Source: Anthoceros angustus (lineage: Eukaryota > Plantae > Anthocerotophyta). From it: a DNA stretch of 64,000 bases. The stretch is from the NCBI GenBank assembly GCA_010909165.1, contig VJWM01000044.1, positions 1,984,001 to 2,048,000 on the forward strand, given 5' to 3'. A program made the translations under genes and the position numbers. Shown in pieces: positions 27,478 through 40,010 of this stretch. Within the stretch, counting starts at the first letter, position 1. Each line of letters opens with the position of its first letter. Below the pieces are notes generated by a model that was given only the letters and a program-made list of their open reading frames with translations, did no database searches and had not been told where the DNA came from.

Positions 27478-27809
27478 ATGATTATGTCAAAAACTGCCAG
27501 CAAAGCTGCTGCTGCTGCTGCTGCTGGATCTCCTAGCAAGCGTAGAAGTCATCTTGCTCACTACAGTTCTCACCTTCATTTCTCTAACTTGATTCACATG
27601 AAGAATCATTTCCACATGCAGAGGCTCAAGTCGATGTTGGAATCCAAGGCAACAGGCGAGCTCCCTCTGCTGAGGGAGTTGAGCGCGCTGCAGAAGGCCC
27701 GAGCCCTCCGAGACCCCTCCACCGCCTCCGCCCGAAGCTCCCACTCGGTGAGAGCGGGCTCTGCCGGCAGGAGAGTCACCAGGGACAGAGCCGCCAGGAG
27801 AGACGAGCT

Positions 27810-27849
<40 letters not shown>

Positions 27850-30800
27850 TGGAGCGGGGACTTGGCAAAGGACACGCTCTCCAAACCCAAGCCCGCCAGG
27901 AAAGGCAAGGTCCGCCCCACAGAATCCGGCAATGCTGACGACCACTCCCTCACGGAGTGGAGCGGGGAATTCTGGGCGGAAGGAGATGGCTTTGCTCGGA
28001 AAGGAGATGCTGCGGAAGGGACTGCTCCAGCCCCAAAGCAGAAGCCTCCTCGCCCACCGCACCCGAACCGGCCGCAGCCACGGGGCAGCAAAGCGTTGGA
28101 GAATTGGGAGTCCCAATCCTGGACCCAAGATCCGGGCGGTGATGGGAGAGATCGCAGCAGGGCGGCGTCCAGGCGGGAGGATCCCCCGGCGGGATCCCGC
28201 AGGAACGATGAAGCGTGGCGGGAAGAGGTGGCGAGGAGGAAAGAGCGGCTGCTACGGGAGAACGCCAGGCGGGTCTACCGCCGAGCTGCGGCGGAGAAAG
28301 AGAACGGATCTGCGGGAGATGTGCACACGGACGAGGAGCAGGACTTTACCGACGCCAGCGAGGTGGAATTGAGCACGGACATGATCGAATTGGACAATCT
28401 GACCCCTCGCCCACGGCGGGACCGGGATCCCATCTCCCTTTCCCAGTCCCCGCTCCTGCTCCGGGACGGGATGCGTGACAGAGACAATGCGTCCGCCAGC
28501 AGCAGGAGGAGGTCCCGGCGACAGGCCCTGGAGGGGCTGGGCATCCATGCCGCCCTCAAGGCGGAGGAGGAGGATCTGGATGTCTCCGCCCACTTCCCCA
28601 GGAACGGCTGCGGGATGCCCTGGTACTGGAGCAAGATCCATAAGTACAAAGGAAGGAATATCCTGGATATCGCCGGCAGGAGCCTGGCATGCGGCTCCCT
28701 CCCGGAGCCCCGCAGGCATGGGCATGGTGGGCGGGGCGCGTCTCGGAGGAGATCGTCGGATTCCCTTGCTGGGTTCGGCGGGGGAGGAGCCGGGGACTCC
28801 GATCATTCCCACTCCGACCTGGATACCGACACGGACGCATTGCTGCGGTCCGCAGAGAAGTATGGGAGGAGGGACAGGCATCGGAGGTTGCAGTCCGGGT
28901 CGTTGGATTTGGATGCGGATGAGGAGGCCAGGAATTACCTGACGGATTTGGGCTATGCTGCTCCTGACGATGGAGCCAAGAGCTTTCTGCAGCTGGGTTC
29001 TCTCTTCTGGACGGGGCAGATCGGGGCTGCTGCTGACAGCCGGCACAGGAGTTTGAGCCAGAAGTACCGGCCAAGGTCGTTCAAGGAGCTGGTGGGGCAG
29101 AATCTCGTGGTGAAGGCGTTGTCGAGTGCGGTGGCGCAGGGGAAGATCGCCCCCGTGTATCTCTTCCAGGGGCCCAGGGGGACCGGGAAGACGTCCACGG
29201 CCAGGATCTTTGCTGCCGTGCTGAACTGTTTGGCGGATTCTCTGGCTTTGCGACCATGTGGGAACTGCAGGGAGTGTCTGGCTCTGGCTAGTAGGAGGAG
29301 TTTGGATGTGACGGAGCTGCATGTGGCTACTAACAGTGGAATAGAGAGCATGAGGGAGCTGGTGGCTAATGTGCTTGTGCCTCCTACTACTTCTCGGTTC
29401 AGGATTTTCATCATTGATGAGTGCCATATGCTGTCGAAGGAGGCCTGGAATGGTTTTCTCAAGTGCTTGGAGGAGCCCCCCGAGCGGGTTGTTTTCTTGT
29501 TGATCACCACTGACCCTGAGCAGCTCCCGCGGACTGCTGCGTCCAGATGCCAGAAGTTTTCCTTCTTCAACATCAAGGAGTCGGAGATTATTAGTAGGCT
29601 GGCCACGCTGGCGGCCAAGGAGAATCTCATGGTGGATGAGGAGGCTCTCGCTCTCATCGCGTCTCAGTCTGATGGGTCCCTTCGTGATGCTGAGACGATG
29701 CTTGATCAGCTGAGTCTTTTGGGGAAGGACATTTCGCTGGACATGGTGCAGGAGCTGGTATGTGTGGTGTGTCATGATCTTGGTTTGGGGTGGTAGGGTG
29801 TGGTCACACATGGTGTCACTGAGGTTGTTTGTGTTTGTTGTCAGGTTGGGCTTGTTGCAGATAGCAAGTTGGTGGATTTGTTGGACATGGCTTTGTCAGC
29901 AGATACAGTGAGCACGGTGAAGTGCATACGGGAGCTTCTGGAAGCTGGAGCTGAGCCGTTGGCGCTTGTTAATCAGCTGGCCACGCTCATCACGAACATT
30001 CTGGCTGGAAGTTACAAGCTAACCGAAGTCCAGCGCATGGCTGGATTTTTCCAGACCCACAATCGTGAGTGTTTTGTGTGTCAAGCTTGGTGTAGCCTTC
30101 CTGCACAGAAGACGGATCGTGGACTAGTTAGTTTGAAATTTGTGTTGACGGGGCTTTTCTTGTTTGATAATGTGCCAGAGCAAGAAGAATCGGAAAGTCT
30201 GCGGCAAGCTTTGAAGGTTTTATCTGAAGCGGAGAAACAGCTGAGGATATCAAATGATAGGACGACCTGGCTCACTGCAGCCTTGTTGCAGTTTGCTCCT
30301 GACCGGTCATCGTTGTTCCCTACTTCGTCTGGTGGTACTAGTGTGTCTGAGAGCCCCGAAGGCAAGGTGGAAGGCGGTGAGAAGGAGAAGGATACTGGTG
30401 AAGTGTACTCTTCAACCGTGGAGCAACAATGGGATGGACAGGGCAGGTTTCAAACAGCTCCTTCACCCGCGGCCCTTTCTCTGGGCCTTGAACCAAGGCG
30501 ATCCGTCTCAAAGAACGAGGGAGTGACATTTGTAAATTTTGCTGAAGCAAAGGTATATCCAGCAGCGACTTCCCCGCGGGACGGTGATCAAGTCAACAGT
30601 TCTGAGAAAAAGGCACCAAAAGTGGAAACAATGGCAGAGGGTGAGTTTTTTGATCCTGTCACTCAACCGGGATTGAAGGACTTCACAACGTTGAGCCACC
30701 GCAAGCTTGATGATATATGGAAAAGGGTTCTGGAGGGCATTCGGTCTCTTGTTCTCAAGGAGATTCTGCAGGTCCAGGGCAGGCTTCTGTCCCTGTCTTT

Positions 30801-32014
30801 GTCGGACAGTGGTATGTATTGCACTGTGTGCTCTGTCTGTGTATTAAATTACGGTGAGGCTGATGTGATGAACCCGTGAGAATGCCTGATCGTGTCTCTC
30901 TGTCTCTTGTTGCACAGGTTATGCCGTTGCTGTCATTGAGTTCCGCCACCCTGACCACAAGTCTAGAGCCCAAAGGTCAAGGTCGACCATAGCCCATGCT
31001 TTTCATATGGCAGTCGGTTGCCCGGTTGAAGTCAAGCTGAGCCTTGCGTGCATGCCAGAGGAAGGGGAAGATATTAAGCCTCGTAAAAGAGAGCAGCACA
31101 GTGGGCCTGTGCTTAATCATTCGGAGCGACAGACTGCCGCTGTGTCCGTGGCTTCAAGGCTTGAAGACGCTGAGATCCCACTGGATAAGAAGTCTGATGT
31201 ACTCAATGTAAGGAGGCAGCTGGCGGATACTGCGTACAGGAAAAGCCAGCAGGGGTATCAAGGTGCTGAGGCTGATAAGGGTCCTTCTGTGAGTTCCTCA
31301 GTGACTTGGAACAGCGGAGTGTTACCCTCCGCAGATGCCCAGAGATTCAATGCCCACGGCTCTGAAATATTACATGCCCAGGAGGAAGACCATCTCGAAA
31401 ACTTGTGGACAAGGGATCATAAATACGCTCCCACAGTGCAGGCGACTAAAAGTCCAGAACAGTTATGGGGGTTGAAAGATGGACAGGAGTTGCAGAAGGA
31501 AACAGTCTTCTCCACAGGCACTAAAAAAGTATCGTTAGGCACAGTCATGAGACAGGCCCAAGGCTTTGAACCTGAGAATGACTATGCGACCAGGCTTTCG
31601 AAACGGAGGGTAGCAAAACACTTCCAGACAAATGGAGATGAGACCATCAGAGCTATTGAGCAAGAAAACTTGTAAGCATCGAGTTTGTCTTGGCCAGACT
31701 GAAAACTTTGTACGTATGCCTTGTTGGCCAGCGACTGAAACGCTGCTCACACATCCTATTGCTGATTGACATGAACAGGAGGTTGGAGTCCCGGGTGAGT
31801 AATGCAAGTTTACTCTGTTGGAAGCCTTCTACACAAGAGGAGGAGGAGGTGCGTTGTTGTTTCTGGGTATTAAGTTCTGTCACTCATCTGAGAGCCTTAG
31901 TTTCATCTTGTCTGATTGCCTTATTTGGTCCAGGTGAAGCACAATTATCATCGGAGGCAAAGAAAAGTGGATTTCTTCCTTAAGCTTGTACCTTGTGCCA
32001 AGAAGTCGGAGTGA
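27478..32014 (+). CDS. STI: STICHEL-like protein (DNA polymerase III gamma/tau-like AAA+ domain)
   Basis: RNGCGMPWYWSKIHKYKG, RSLSQKYRPRSFKELVGQ, Walker A GPRGTGKT, zinc motif CxxxxxxxPCGNCREC, FIIDECHML, ASRCQKFSF and SDGSLRDAETMLDQLSLL. Further: EAEKQLRISNDRTTWLTAALLQ and C-terminal EQENLRLESR...LLCWK...LVPCAK; stop at 32012-14. Poly-Gln (CAG)n at ~27809-27849. Confidence 0.93.
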
Positions 32015-32476
32015 CAAGCAATAGATAGCGTGAAGAGGAGGATAGAGTAACTGTATCAAGTCATGGCCCGAGTCGGGACGGTAGGTACCATGCCTGGTGC
32101 TTTCCTCCAACTGTTAGCTGCTTATGATTCAAGAATCTCACGGGTCTTGTTGGCTGCAGGTGTGTACATTACGACGCTTGTGATCAGCAGTTTTTTTTCG
32201 CTGACCAGGTGGTGCTGGACCACCCATCAGGTGGAAATGGCGGAATATCTGATTGAGGCAGGACTGTAGTTTGTAGGCTCATGTCGCAAATTTCACTACC
32301 TAGTTACTTCGCACTGGTAGCATTATCACTGAGCAATAAGGCTTATTATAAAAACATTCTTACAGTACATTCCTTACTCACAGTTCAGTCCTGACCAATT
32401 ACATCTTACAGGCTACTCTCCTTCCTACTACACCACTGGTTGCATTAGCGTCTACTCACACTGCGATTTGGAAACC

Positions 32477-32612
32477 GACGACCTCTAAAAGTGGCTCAAG
32501 TCTAGTTATTGACGACCTCTAAAAGCGCTGAAGTCCAATTATTAACACCTCTGAAAGTGATTGAAGTCTAGTAATTGACGACCTCTAAAGGTGACTGAAG
32601 TCTAGTTGGCAT
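32477..32612. repeat. ~33-bp tandem repeat x4 overlapping the GDSL stop codon
   Basis: GACGACCTCTAAA(A/G)GTG(G/A)CT(C/G)AAGTCTAGT-like units. The rightmost unit is the last codons plus stop of the GDSL gene on the minus strand. Confidence 0.8.
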
Positions 32613-33943
32613 GATGCAAAAGCATCAGGAGGATCAATATACAGGCCATCGAAGATGAACCTTACCACCCGTCTGTTGACTGCTTCGGTAGGATGGATGC
32701 CATCCCAATTAGTGTAGACATTTGGATTAGAACATACAGTGGCTATTATGGGTTCTCCATTGCTTGCTGTATAGCCTGGATCCCCACATGATGCCAAACG
32801 GTCGTAGTTGTGTTCTCCTCCCGTACCACAACATGCATCTGTAAGGTTTTTAAAACCATATTTTTCAAAGTTTTTAGCAATATCAAATGTGGCATTATAA
32901 TAATCAACATAAACAATCTTTGAAGATTCAAGTTCATTGCGCAAGGTTTGGACCCCATCATGTAGTTGATCATTGTGATTGTTAAATACATCATTAAAAG
33001 CGGTATAGCAACCAAATTCATCGACATCCCCTGCATTTCTTGGAGGTACAAATGTAAGAAATTCAGGAGTGCAGGAAACTGGAGGTATGTTGAAGATCAT
33101 AAAATTCTTCACCCCCAAATGATGCAAATCTCTCACATATTGGAGAGTTTGGGAAACAACAATCGGGGTGAAAGTTGTCAATTCAGATAATGTAGCATTG
33201 TGCATAAATATTGCCGCATCATAGTCATTTCCACCAATACAAATCATATAAAGCGCATCACTAAGATAAGATGCTTTTGGCAGCAGTTGATTGGCCCACT
33301 CAAAATTTCTAGGTTGTTCTGAAATCTTTTTTTGAAACCTTTCAAACCATCTTGTTTGCACTCCAAAGTTGAATGGTACCAAAAATGTGATATTAGTTAC
33401 AGTAGCTCCCGATGTAGCAAAATTTACACCATGTTCGAAATTCATGCCCACGTTGCGCAAGTATGGATCAAGCAAAGGAAGACCAAATACTTGAGCTGCA
33501 AACAAGTCTATGCAATTTTCAATCTAGTATGGAAAAAATATGGGATAAACATTCAATGATTTTCAAATTATAACAAGTTAAAAAAATTCAAAATATACAA
33601 ACATTCATTCAAACTAAAAATTCAATAAAATATTGATGATTAAAAAGCACGTACCCAATAAATCTATTATTAATCGTCCATCTGAAAACCGAGAAACCGG
33701 TCTGCCAAAATAAGTTATTCCATATGGATCTCTAGTGGGAGAATGTTGCCATGAAAATACACATTGACCGTTCCCGGTATCCGTTAATGAATCACCAAAT
33801 GCAAACAATGCGGGAAATGAACATTCTTTAGCCGTGAAGGCATTTTGTGAACTACTAACTGCTAACGTTAGAGAGATCATAACAAACATAAAAAATAAAA
33901 TCCTCCGCCACATAATTCTCCACCATGGCGCATAGTATCCCAT
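32585..33943 (-). CDS. GDSL esterase/lipase, secreted, 2 exons (33943-33655; 33495-32585)
   Basis: Signal-like N-terminus, block I FAFGDSLTDTGN, GRPVSRFSDGRLIIDL, GVNFATSGA, block III IGGNDY, NIPPVSCTP and block V WDGIHPTEA. Confidence 0.95.
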
Positions 33944-33962
33944 GGTTCTGGTTACCTATATG

Positions 33963-35460
33963 CTACAAGAGGACGAAAATCAAGTAGGTTAGCACATAAG
34001 CCGCACTGAAGTTCAAGATAGGGAGCCGATACATTCCATGCTCAAAGATCTCCAACCTGAGGTGCAATATACGTATGCGTTGGGATATATATAGAGACGA
34101 CGATGACGGCCTGGTAGAAGGAGAAGCTAGTGAGCTCTGAAAGGCTGCGATCCGAGCACACAAGGCCTCAGTAGCTTGCGCACATTCCCGCCAGAGCCTA
34201 AAATGCTGGAACCTGGTGGCCTGTATGCCGTTGCAACGGGCCGCAGAGATGCAGTCGTAGGTGTGCGAGAAGGCACTGCAGTCGCATGAGTTTGTATTTG
34301 TAACCGCTTCCAGGATGGCCGCGTCCTTTCGCCTCCCTTGGAAGGTTCGTATGCGTGTGTGCCAGAAGGTTCGAGACCTCTCTTCGTACCAGACCTGAAG
34401 AGCAGATGTGGCCGGAGAAGCGCAAGGGTTGTGAATAGTCAGGTTCTGGAAAGTCCGCAAGGGGATCCAAACCTAAATGTGAGTCTTGCTGAAATCCGTA
34501 AGCTCTACCGATTGAGCGGCTACAGGGACATGTCCGAATGCATCCTGTCCAGAGTCCTTTGTCATGTCCAGAGAACAGTGGCGGTGGGACAGACCTGTGC
34601 AGCAGGTCAAGGTGTAGGGTGCAGCTTACAGTTATGAGCTGTCTCCCACTCTCCATGGCGTGCTTTCCTTTTCAAAGTATGCATGAACAATGGGAATGCC
34701 TAGATAGGGTTCACCTCTCCTTTCAATCGCCTCTGTCATTTCAGATTCGATAGGATCAGCTATAGAATCAGCACCAGCTTGTGGACAGGCATGGTTGAGC
34801 TGCCAAGCGTGGTCACGTCACTTGTGTGGTGTGTGGTGTGTGGTGATAGAGCAGGCTGCTAGTGGAAGTTGGCAATGCACAAGCGTAACCTCGGAAGTTT
34901 GATCCCAGCTTAGTTAGCAAGTCATCAGAGAAGAGTTGTCCCAACAAGTGTAGAGTGTTCTGTTCACATTCCTGGGCTTGCCAGTCGGATTTCCGCAAGG
35001 GAATTCTGACCTGTATGCGCTGGAGGCTTAACGAATTCTGCTCAGCTTTGCCTGAAGTCGGGAAGCTCAACCGATCGAGTGAGTGGCTACGGCGACAGAT
35101 TTGATATCCTGGAGTTCTTTGTCATGTCCAGAGAACAGTTGCGGTAGCAGGCTGCAGGTTGTAACTGTGTGCTGCATCCTGCACCTGGACCTCCTGCACG
35201 GGTCTGTCTCACCGGTCTGCACCATATAGTTTACAAGCTGCCTCCACTCTCTATGCGTGCCTGGAGTGCCTAAATCAGCTCTCCTTTCCATTGCCTCCTT
35301 CATTTCAGATTTGACAGGATCACATACTTATAGAATCAGCAGGAGTTGCGGACTGCCACCGTTGGTCTGCCAAATGTGGTCAGGTCAATGGTCTGGTCTG
35401 TGTGATGGAGCGATTCTGCAGGTCGGAATTGGCGGTGCAGAAGCCCATGATCTATAGAAT
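33963..35460 (-). pseudogene. Degenerate, internally duplicated coding-like sequence of unknown family
   Basis: Two related segments about 560 bp apart (TTGTCATGTCCAGAGAACAG at ~34559 and ~35118; TCATTTCAGATT..ATAGAATCAGCA at ~34737 and ~35300). Broken ORFs share LFSGHDK and IPLR; possible splice donor near 34032. Confidence 0.35.
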
Positions 35461-35754
35461 TCAGCAAAGGATTGATAAAGTAATGGGGCTGCTAGAGAAA
35501 AGAGCCGTTGCGGGTTGCGGGTGGCGGGTGGCGGGTTGCTAACGATAGGTGATAGAGGGCGCGCAACAGGCTTTCCTCAAGCGGAAGACCTTGGAAGTAG
35601 CACTATAGATGCATCGGTCCTAACTATATGAAGCGGTCTCTTTGATTGTACCCATCCGCCAGTTCTCAATCCAGTTATCCTTCATAAGCAAATTCTCATG
35701 CAGTTATGGTCGAGTTCTCTCCTATTGTGTATCCGTGAGCAAAAGCGTTCATTG

Positions 35755-36055
35755 TATAGACTCGAAGTAGCAAGGTATATTGAGAGATGAACTCGGAGTA
35801 GCAAGGCATATTGAGAGATTGTATAGACTCGGAGTAGCAAGGCATATTGAGAGATTGTATAGACTCAGAGTAGCAAGGCATATTGAGAGATTGTATAGAC
35901 TTGGAGTAGCAAGGCATATTGAGAGATTGTATAGACTCGGACTCGTAGCAAGGCATATTGAGAGATGAACTCGGAGTAGCAAGGCATATTGAGAGATTGT
36001 ATAGACTCAGAGTAGCAAGGCATATTGAGAGATGAACTCGGAGTAGGAAGGATCT
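35755..36055. repeat. 36-bp minisatellite with a 31-bp variant unit, about 8 copies
   Basis: GACTCGGAGTAGCAAGGCATATTGAGAGATTGTATA units interspersed with ...GAGAGATGAACTC variants. Confidence 0.92.
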
Positions 36056-36234
36056 ATAAGCAAAAACGCCATTGCCGGAAGACATATTCCAGCACTATCA
36101 CCACCCTCCATGGTGATAGCGCTAGTTATAGGGCGAGGTTAATATGTTGTATAAGATTGGTACTTTGTAAGTTCCCAAGTATGGGGCGAGCTTGACTGGT
36201 AGAGTCATTCGGCTAAGAGAGATAACGAGAGACT

Positions 36235-36992
36235 ATGCATTTTATTTTTCATATGTTAGAAGAAGAAGAAGAATATATATCTAACAGGCCTTCATGAAAA
36301 TAATTTATCATATTTTAGATCAGGTAAATTTATAAAGATTATTTTACAATTAAAATTAAAATTAAGTTTATTTATATATAAGTTAATTAGTCCAACATAA
36401 ATCCCACTCCTATCCTTACCCTTCAAGAATGACATCTAAACAAGGGTCCATTAAAACTACACAATGGGACAGTTGTTATCCATTCCCGGCTACTACCTAT
36501 AAAAATGTACCTAAATCCGCAATCAAGTTCACTGTAAAAACCCTGGTGCTAGTTCACAAGAATCACAACCGTTCCAGCATCCATTAAAACTACACAATGA
36601 GATAGCTGTTATCCATTCCTGCCTACTACCTATAAAAATGTACCTAAATCCATAATCAAGTTCAATCAGAAAACCTCGTGCTAGTTCACAAGAATCACAA
36701 CCGTTCCAGCATCCATTAAAACTACACAATGAGATAGCTGTTATCCATTCCTGCCTACTACCTATAAAAATGTACCTAAATCCGCAATCAAGTTCACTAC
36801 AAAAACCCCGGTGCTAGTTCACAAGAATCACAACTGTTCCAGCATCCATTAAAACTACACAATGAGATAGCTGTTATCCATTCCCGCCTACTACCTATAA
36901 AAATGTACCTAAATCCGCAGTCAAGTTCACTATAAAAACCCCAGTGCTAGTTCACAAGAATCACAACCGTTCCAGCAATTGCAACCTCTATG
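36235..36992. repeat. Dispersed repeat block, copy 1, containing four tandem ~133-bp units (36448-36978)
   Basis: Units start CCATTAAAACTACACAATG at 36448, 36581, 36713 and 36846. The block is homologous to 54610-54962 in the same orientation. Confidence 0.9.
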
Positions 36993-37139
36993 TGGCAACA
37001 ACATGCCATGTCATCACTTGGTGATGTGGTGGTGATGTGGCACCACATCACTTTATTGACATGGCACTGGAACTGGCTATGTCAATAAAGTGGTGACGTC
37101 ATGAAGCTCTCGGTTTTACAACGGTGTTGTTGCGCTGTT

Positions 37140-37502
37140 TTACAACGCCGCATTGTAACACCCATTGTAAAAGCCCTCATTTTCTTGTAGTGAACGTTGC
37201 TCCTGAAATCGCACTTTAGTCAGCTTCAGTAGACACATCAAGTTACAACAAGGCTTCTTTAAATCCACTGTCATTATGTCCCCATCACTTTTTTTCAATG
37301 ACACTCCAGCACCGAGTGTCTGGTAGTCGTCCGCATCGTCTTCGTCCCCAATGGGCCATTCATGAACCGGTGTGTGCAGGCGACTAACATCAACTACATG
37401 AAACAAGCCTTGACGTGCAACCGTCGACCCATCTTCACGGGGAGCGTCATTCACACCTGTCGCACTAGAATCTTGATGGCATTTAGATGGGTTTCCCTCC
37501 AA
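37140..37502 (-). pseudogene. N-terminal fragment of a third Sola-like/DUF7869-type transposase
   Basis: KKPCCNLMCLLKLTK matches SKPCCNKLCIRKFTR of the transposase at 48.6 kb. The ORF truncates immediately afterwards, next to hairpins at 37032-37092. Confidence 0.55.
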
Positions 37503-39538
37503 AGCAGCTGTGGGGCAACTTTTGCTAGCGGACTAGTAGGGTGCCCACTTATAACCCAATATCGATGTGGTACTGGGGTTCATTCCACAGGGAATGGACT
37601 TGCGATTGGCGTGTGTCACACAGCAACTCAACGGACCAGACACACAACCCCCTTGGACCTTCCACAAAGCTTCGCTCATAGTATCTTAAACATTATTCAA
37701 GGTCCGACGGACCAGAATAGGTTTAGTGACGCGTTCCTTTGTCAGCCTCCGTACCCTAGCGCCTCGGTGCACATACCTCCTTAGCTCCGCATCTTCCAAC
37801 CCACAACCCTCGACTCCACTTAACAGCAACTCCAACGCAACGCACAATCTGCGATGCCTTCAACATGGTATCTTTCGAAGGGGTTGAATATCTAAGAAGA
37901 GGGTTTTGTGACTTTTATCTTCTAAAGGAGGTTTCACATGGGTTTTGTACTCGTGGTTTTTGGGGTACGGGTGAATTTAAGGTAGAAAAGAAGGGTGACA
38001 ATTCGTGTGAACTAGTGATACAAGGTCCATTTCATGCCAGTGAAGGGTTATGGTCTAAGAGTTAACCTTATTTGGGGTGCATTTAAGACCCATGACAAGG
38101 ACCATGGCTGCCGGTCATTGCCGGTCATTCTTCAAAACATTGCAACCAATGGTGTGACACCATGTTTTTGTGATAAATTTTTAGAGCATGCCAAGAAAGG
38201 TTAGTTTTAGACCCATGAGAAACCCTCTTCGAAGGATAAAAGCCACTAAACCCCCATCGGGTATATTACGCCCCTTGTAAAATTATCGTGTTGAGGTATG
38301 TATGAGCCAGAAGGACTCTTTGAAAGCGCAAGTGGTTTCTTTGAGTGCTCGTAGGATGAAGACCAAAATTGGAGCATTCTTGGCACAGGGCCAACAAATT
38401 TAAACCCTTGATAATGTGTGGCAGCCTTCCCAAACTCCGAATGATGATGAGACTGGCGTGAACGAAGACTTAAGGGCTTTGGGTGAGAACGACAGCTTCG
38501 ATGAACAAGAACTGGAGCGAATTCAAAATTTGGCCGTTGACAATGTTATGGATTTAGAGTCCGCTCAGGCACCGGATGAGTCACAAGTTAGCCTTGATGA
38601 ATAGGTTTTTCTTTTTGTAGGCACCTCCATGTGCTTGTTCTCAAAGTCATTTTTCTAGCAATGTTGGATGGGATGTGAGCTTGTCAGCAGTTGCCCATAC
38701 CTTTCACGTGTTAGTTTTAAATTGTGGACCAGTTGCATTGTGACAATGGATTTCTTCACTTTGCCTCTTTTCTCAAAAGACCAGTCAAGGCGCCGGCCGC
38801 TTTGACTGGGTTTTCTAGTCGTGATGTGTTCAAAACAAGCCTTTACATTTGCCACGTTCAGACAAAGGGTTATATTTACATGCAAAGAGCTAAAATGCAT
38901 ATTTTGGGACTGTGTCGGATGTGAGAAGGGGGTTCAAAACCCAAAGAAGCTTAAGGGGGTTTGGATATTCACCCCCTTCAAGAAATACCATGTTAGAATC
39001 GCATTGCAGTGGTGAAGGTGGTTGGTGCGATAACAAAACCCCGTATGCATGGACGAGCTAGGAGCCAAGCACCTGCTCCCTTACCAGAACAAGAGCGAAG
39101 CCGAGCTTTGTGGACCTAGGGATGGAGGAGTCCAAGAGGACAGACTTGAAAGCCAGGCTAAGTTGCTTCTTGAGCAGCGATGCCTGCAACCCCCTGAAAC
39201 CTTTGGTGATGAAGGTCGAAAAGGGAGGTAGTTCCTACCGAGCGTCCGCAAAAAGTATACCCCTGGCCTGTCAAGGAAATTTGGAGGGGGAAGGTTCCCT
39301 CCTCCCCACCAGTTACGAGATCCTCCAGAAAGGGCCTATCCTGAAGGATGAAGCGAGAGGCCAAAGCAGGGGCTGAGAGGGCCCAGCTACCTAAGAAAGC
39401 CGCCAGGAAAGAAACCTCCTGTGAAAGTAGGCCGGTGCCCCCAAATTGCATTGGCATTGTCGCACGAGGTAAGCACTTGAATTCATATAAGCACTTCCTC
39501 GACAAACAACCAAGCAAAACAAATCTAACACGCAGATA

Positions 39539-39742
39539 TGTAGTGTTTTGGGAATATCAGATCAACAGATCGCGTACTCAGCAGAACTTGCAACGTGAGA
39601 GTGTATGTTGATTAAGGAGAGAACACAGATATGAAGTCCAAGTCTCATAAAACGGTTACAATAGAAAACTACCTAAAGGGTGCCCTAATGACAAACCCTA
39701 TGTATATTACAATGAACTAATAAACAACTATTATTTCTAACA
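39539..39742 (-). repeat. 3' LTR (204 bp)
   Basis: On the minus strand it starts TGTTAGA immediately after the polypurine tract CAATGAGAGGGGG (39743-39755). Confidence 0.95.
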
Positions 39743-40010
39743 CCCCCTCTCATTGAATATACGGTATATTAGCAAAATGACGATTAAACCAAAGTAATTG
39801 TCAAACTCTAATTAGGGCGTGTACTCATTCACAAACGATGATCAGGTCTTCGTTAGTCTTACGCTCACTCCGCTGTGTGTGCCTCCAGCTTCTGAGACTG
39901 TGCACGATACGCTCCTGTCTTCGTGATGTCTGGTTCCAGAGCAGCTCTCATAGACCTATCTGCTTCTGAGGACACTCCGCCAGCTGAGGAAATCCATAGC
40001 GCATCTGAGG

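Noticed and set aside
36183-36215. tRNA A-box-like GGGGCGAGCTTGACTGGTAGAG (possible tRNA/SINE head)
   Set aside because: No B box, no cloverleaf, and not shared with the second copy of the adjacent repeat.
35755-36978. Regular repeats as a possible CRISPR array
   Set aside because: Head-to-tail tandem units without unique spacers, in eukaryotic DNA, with no cas genes.
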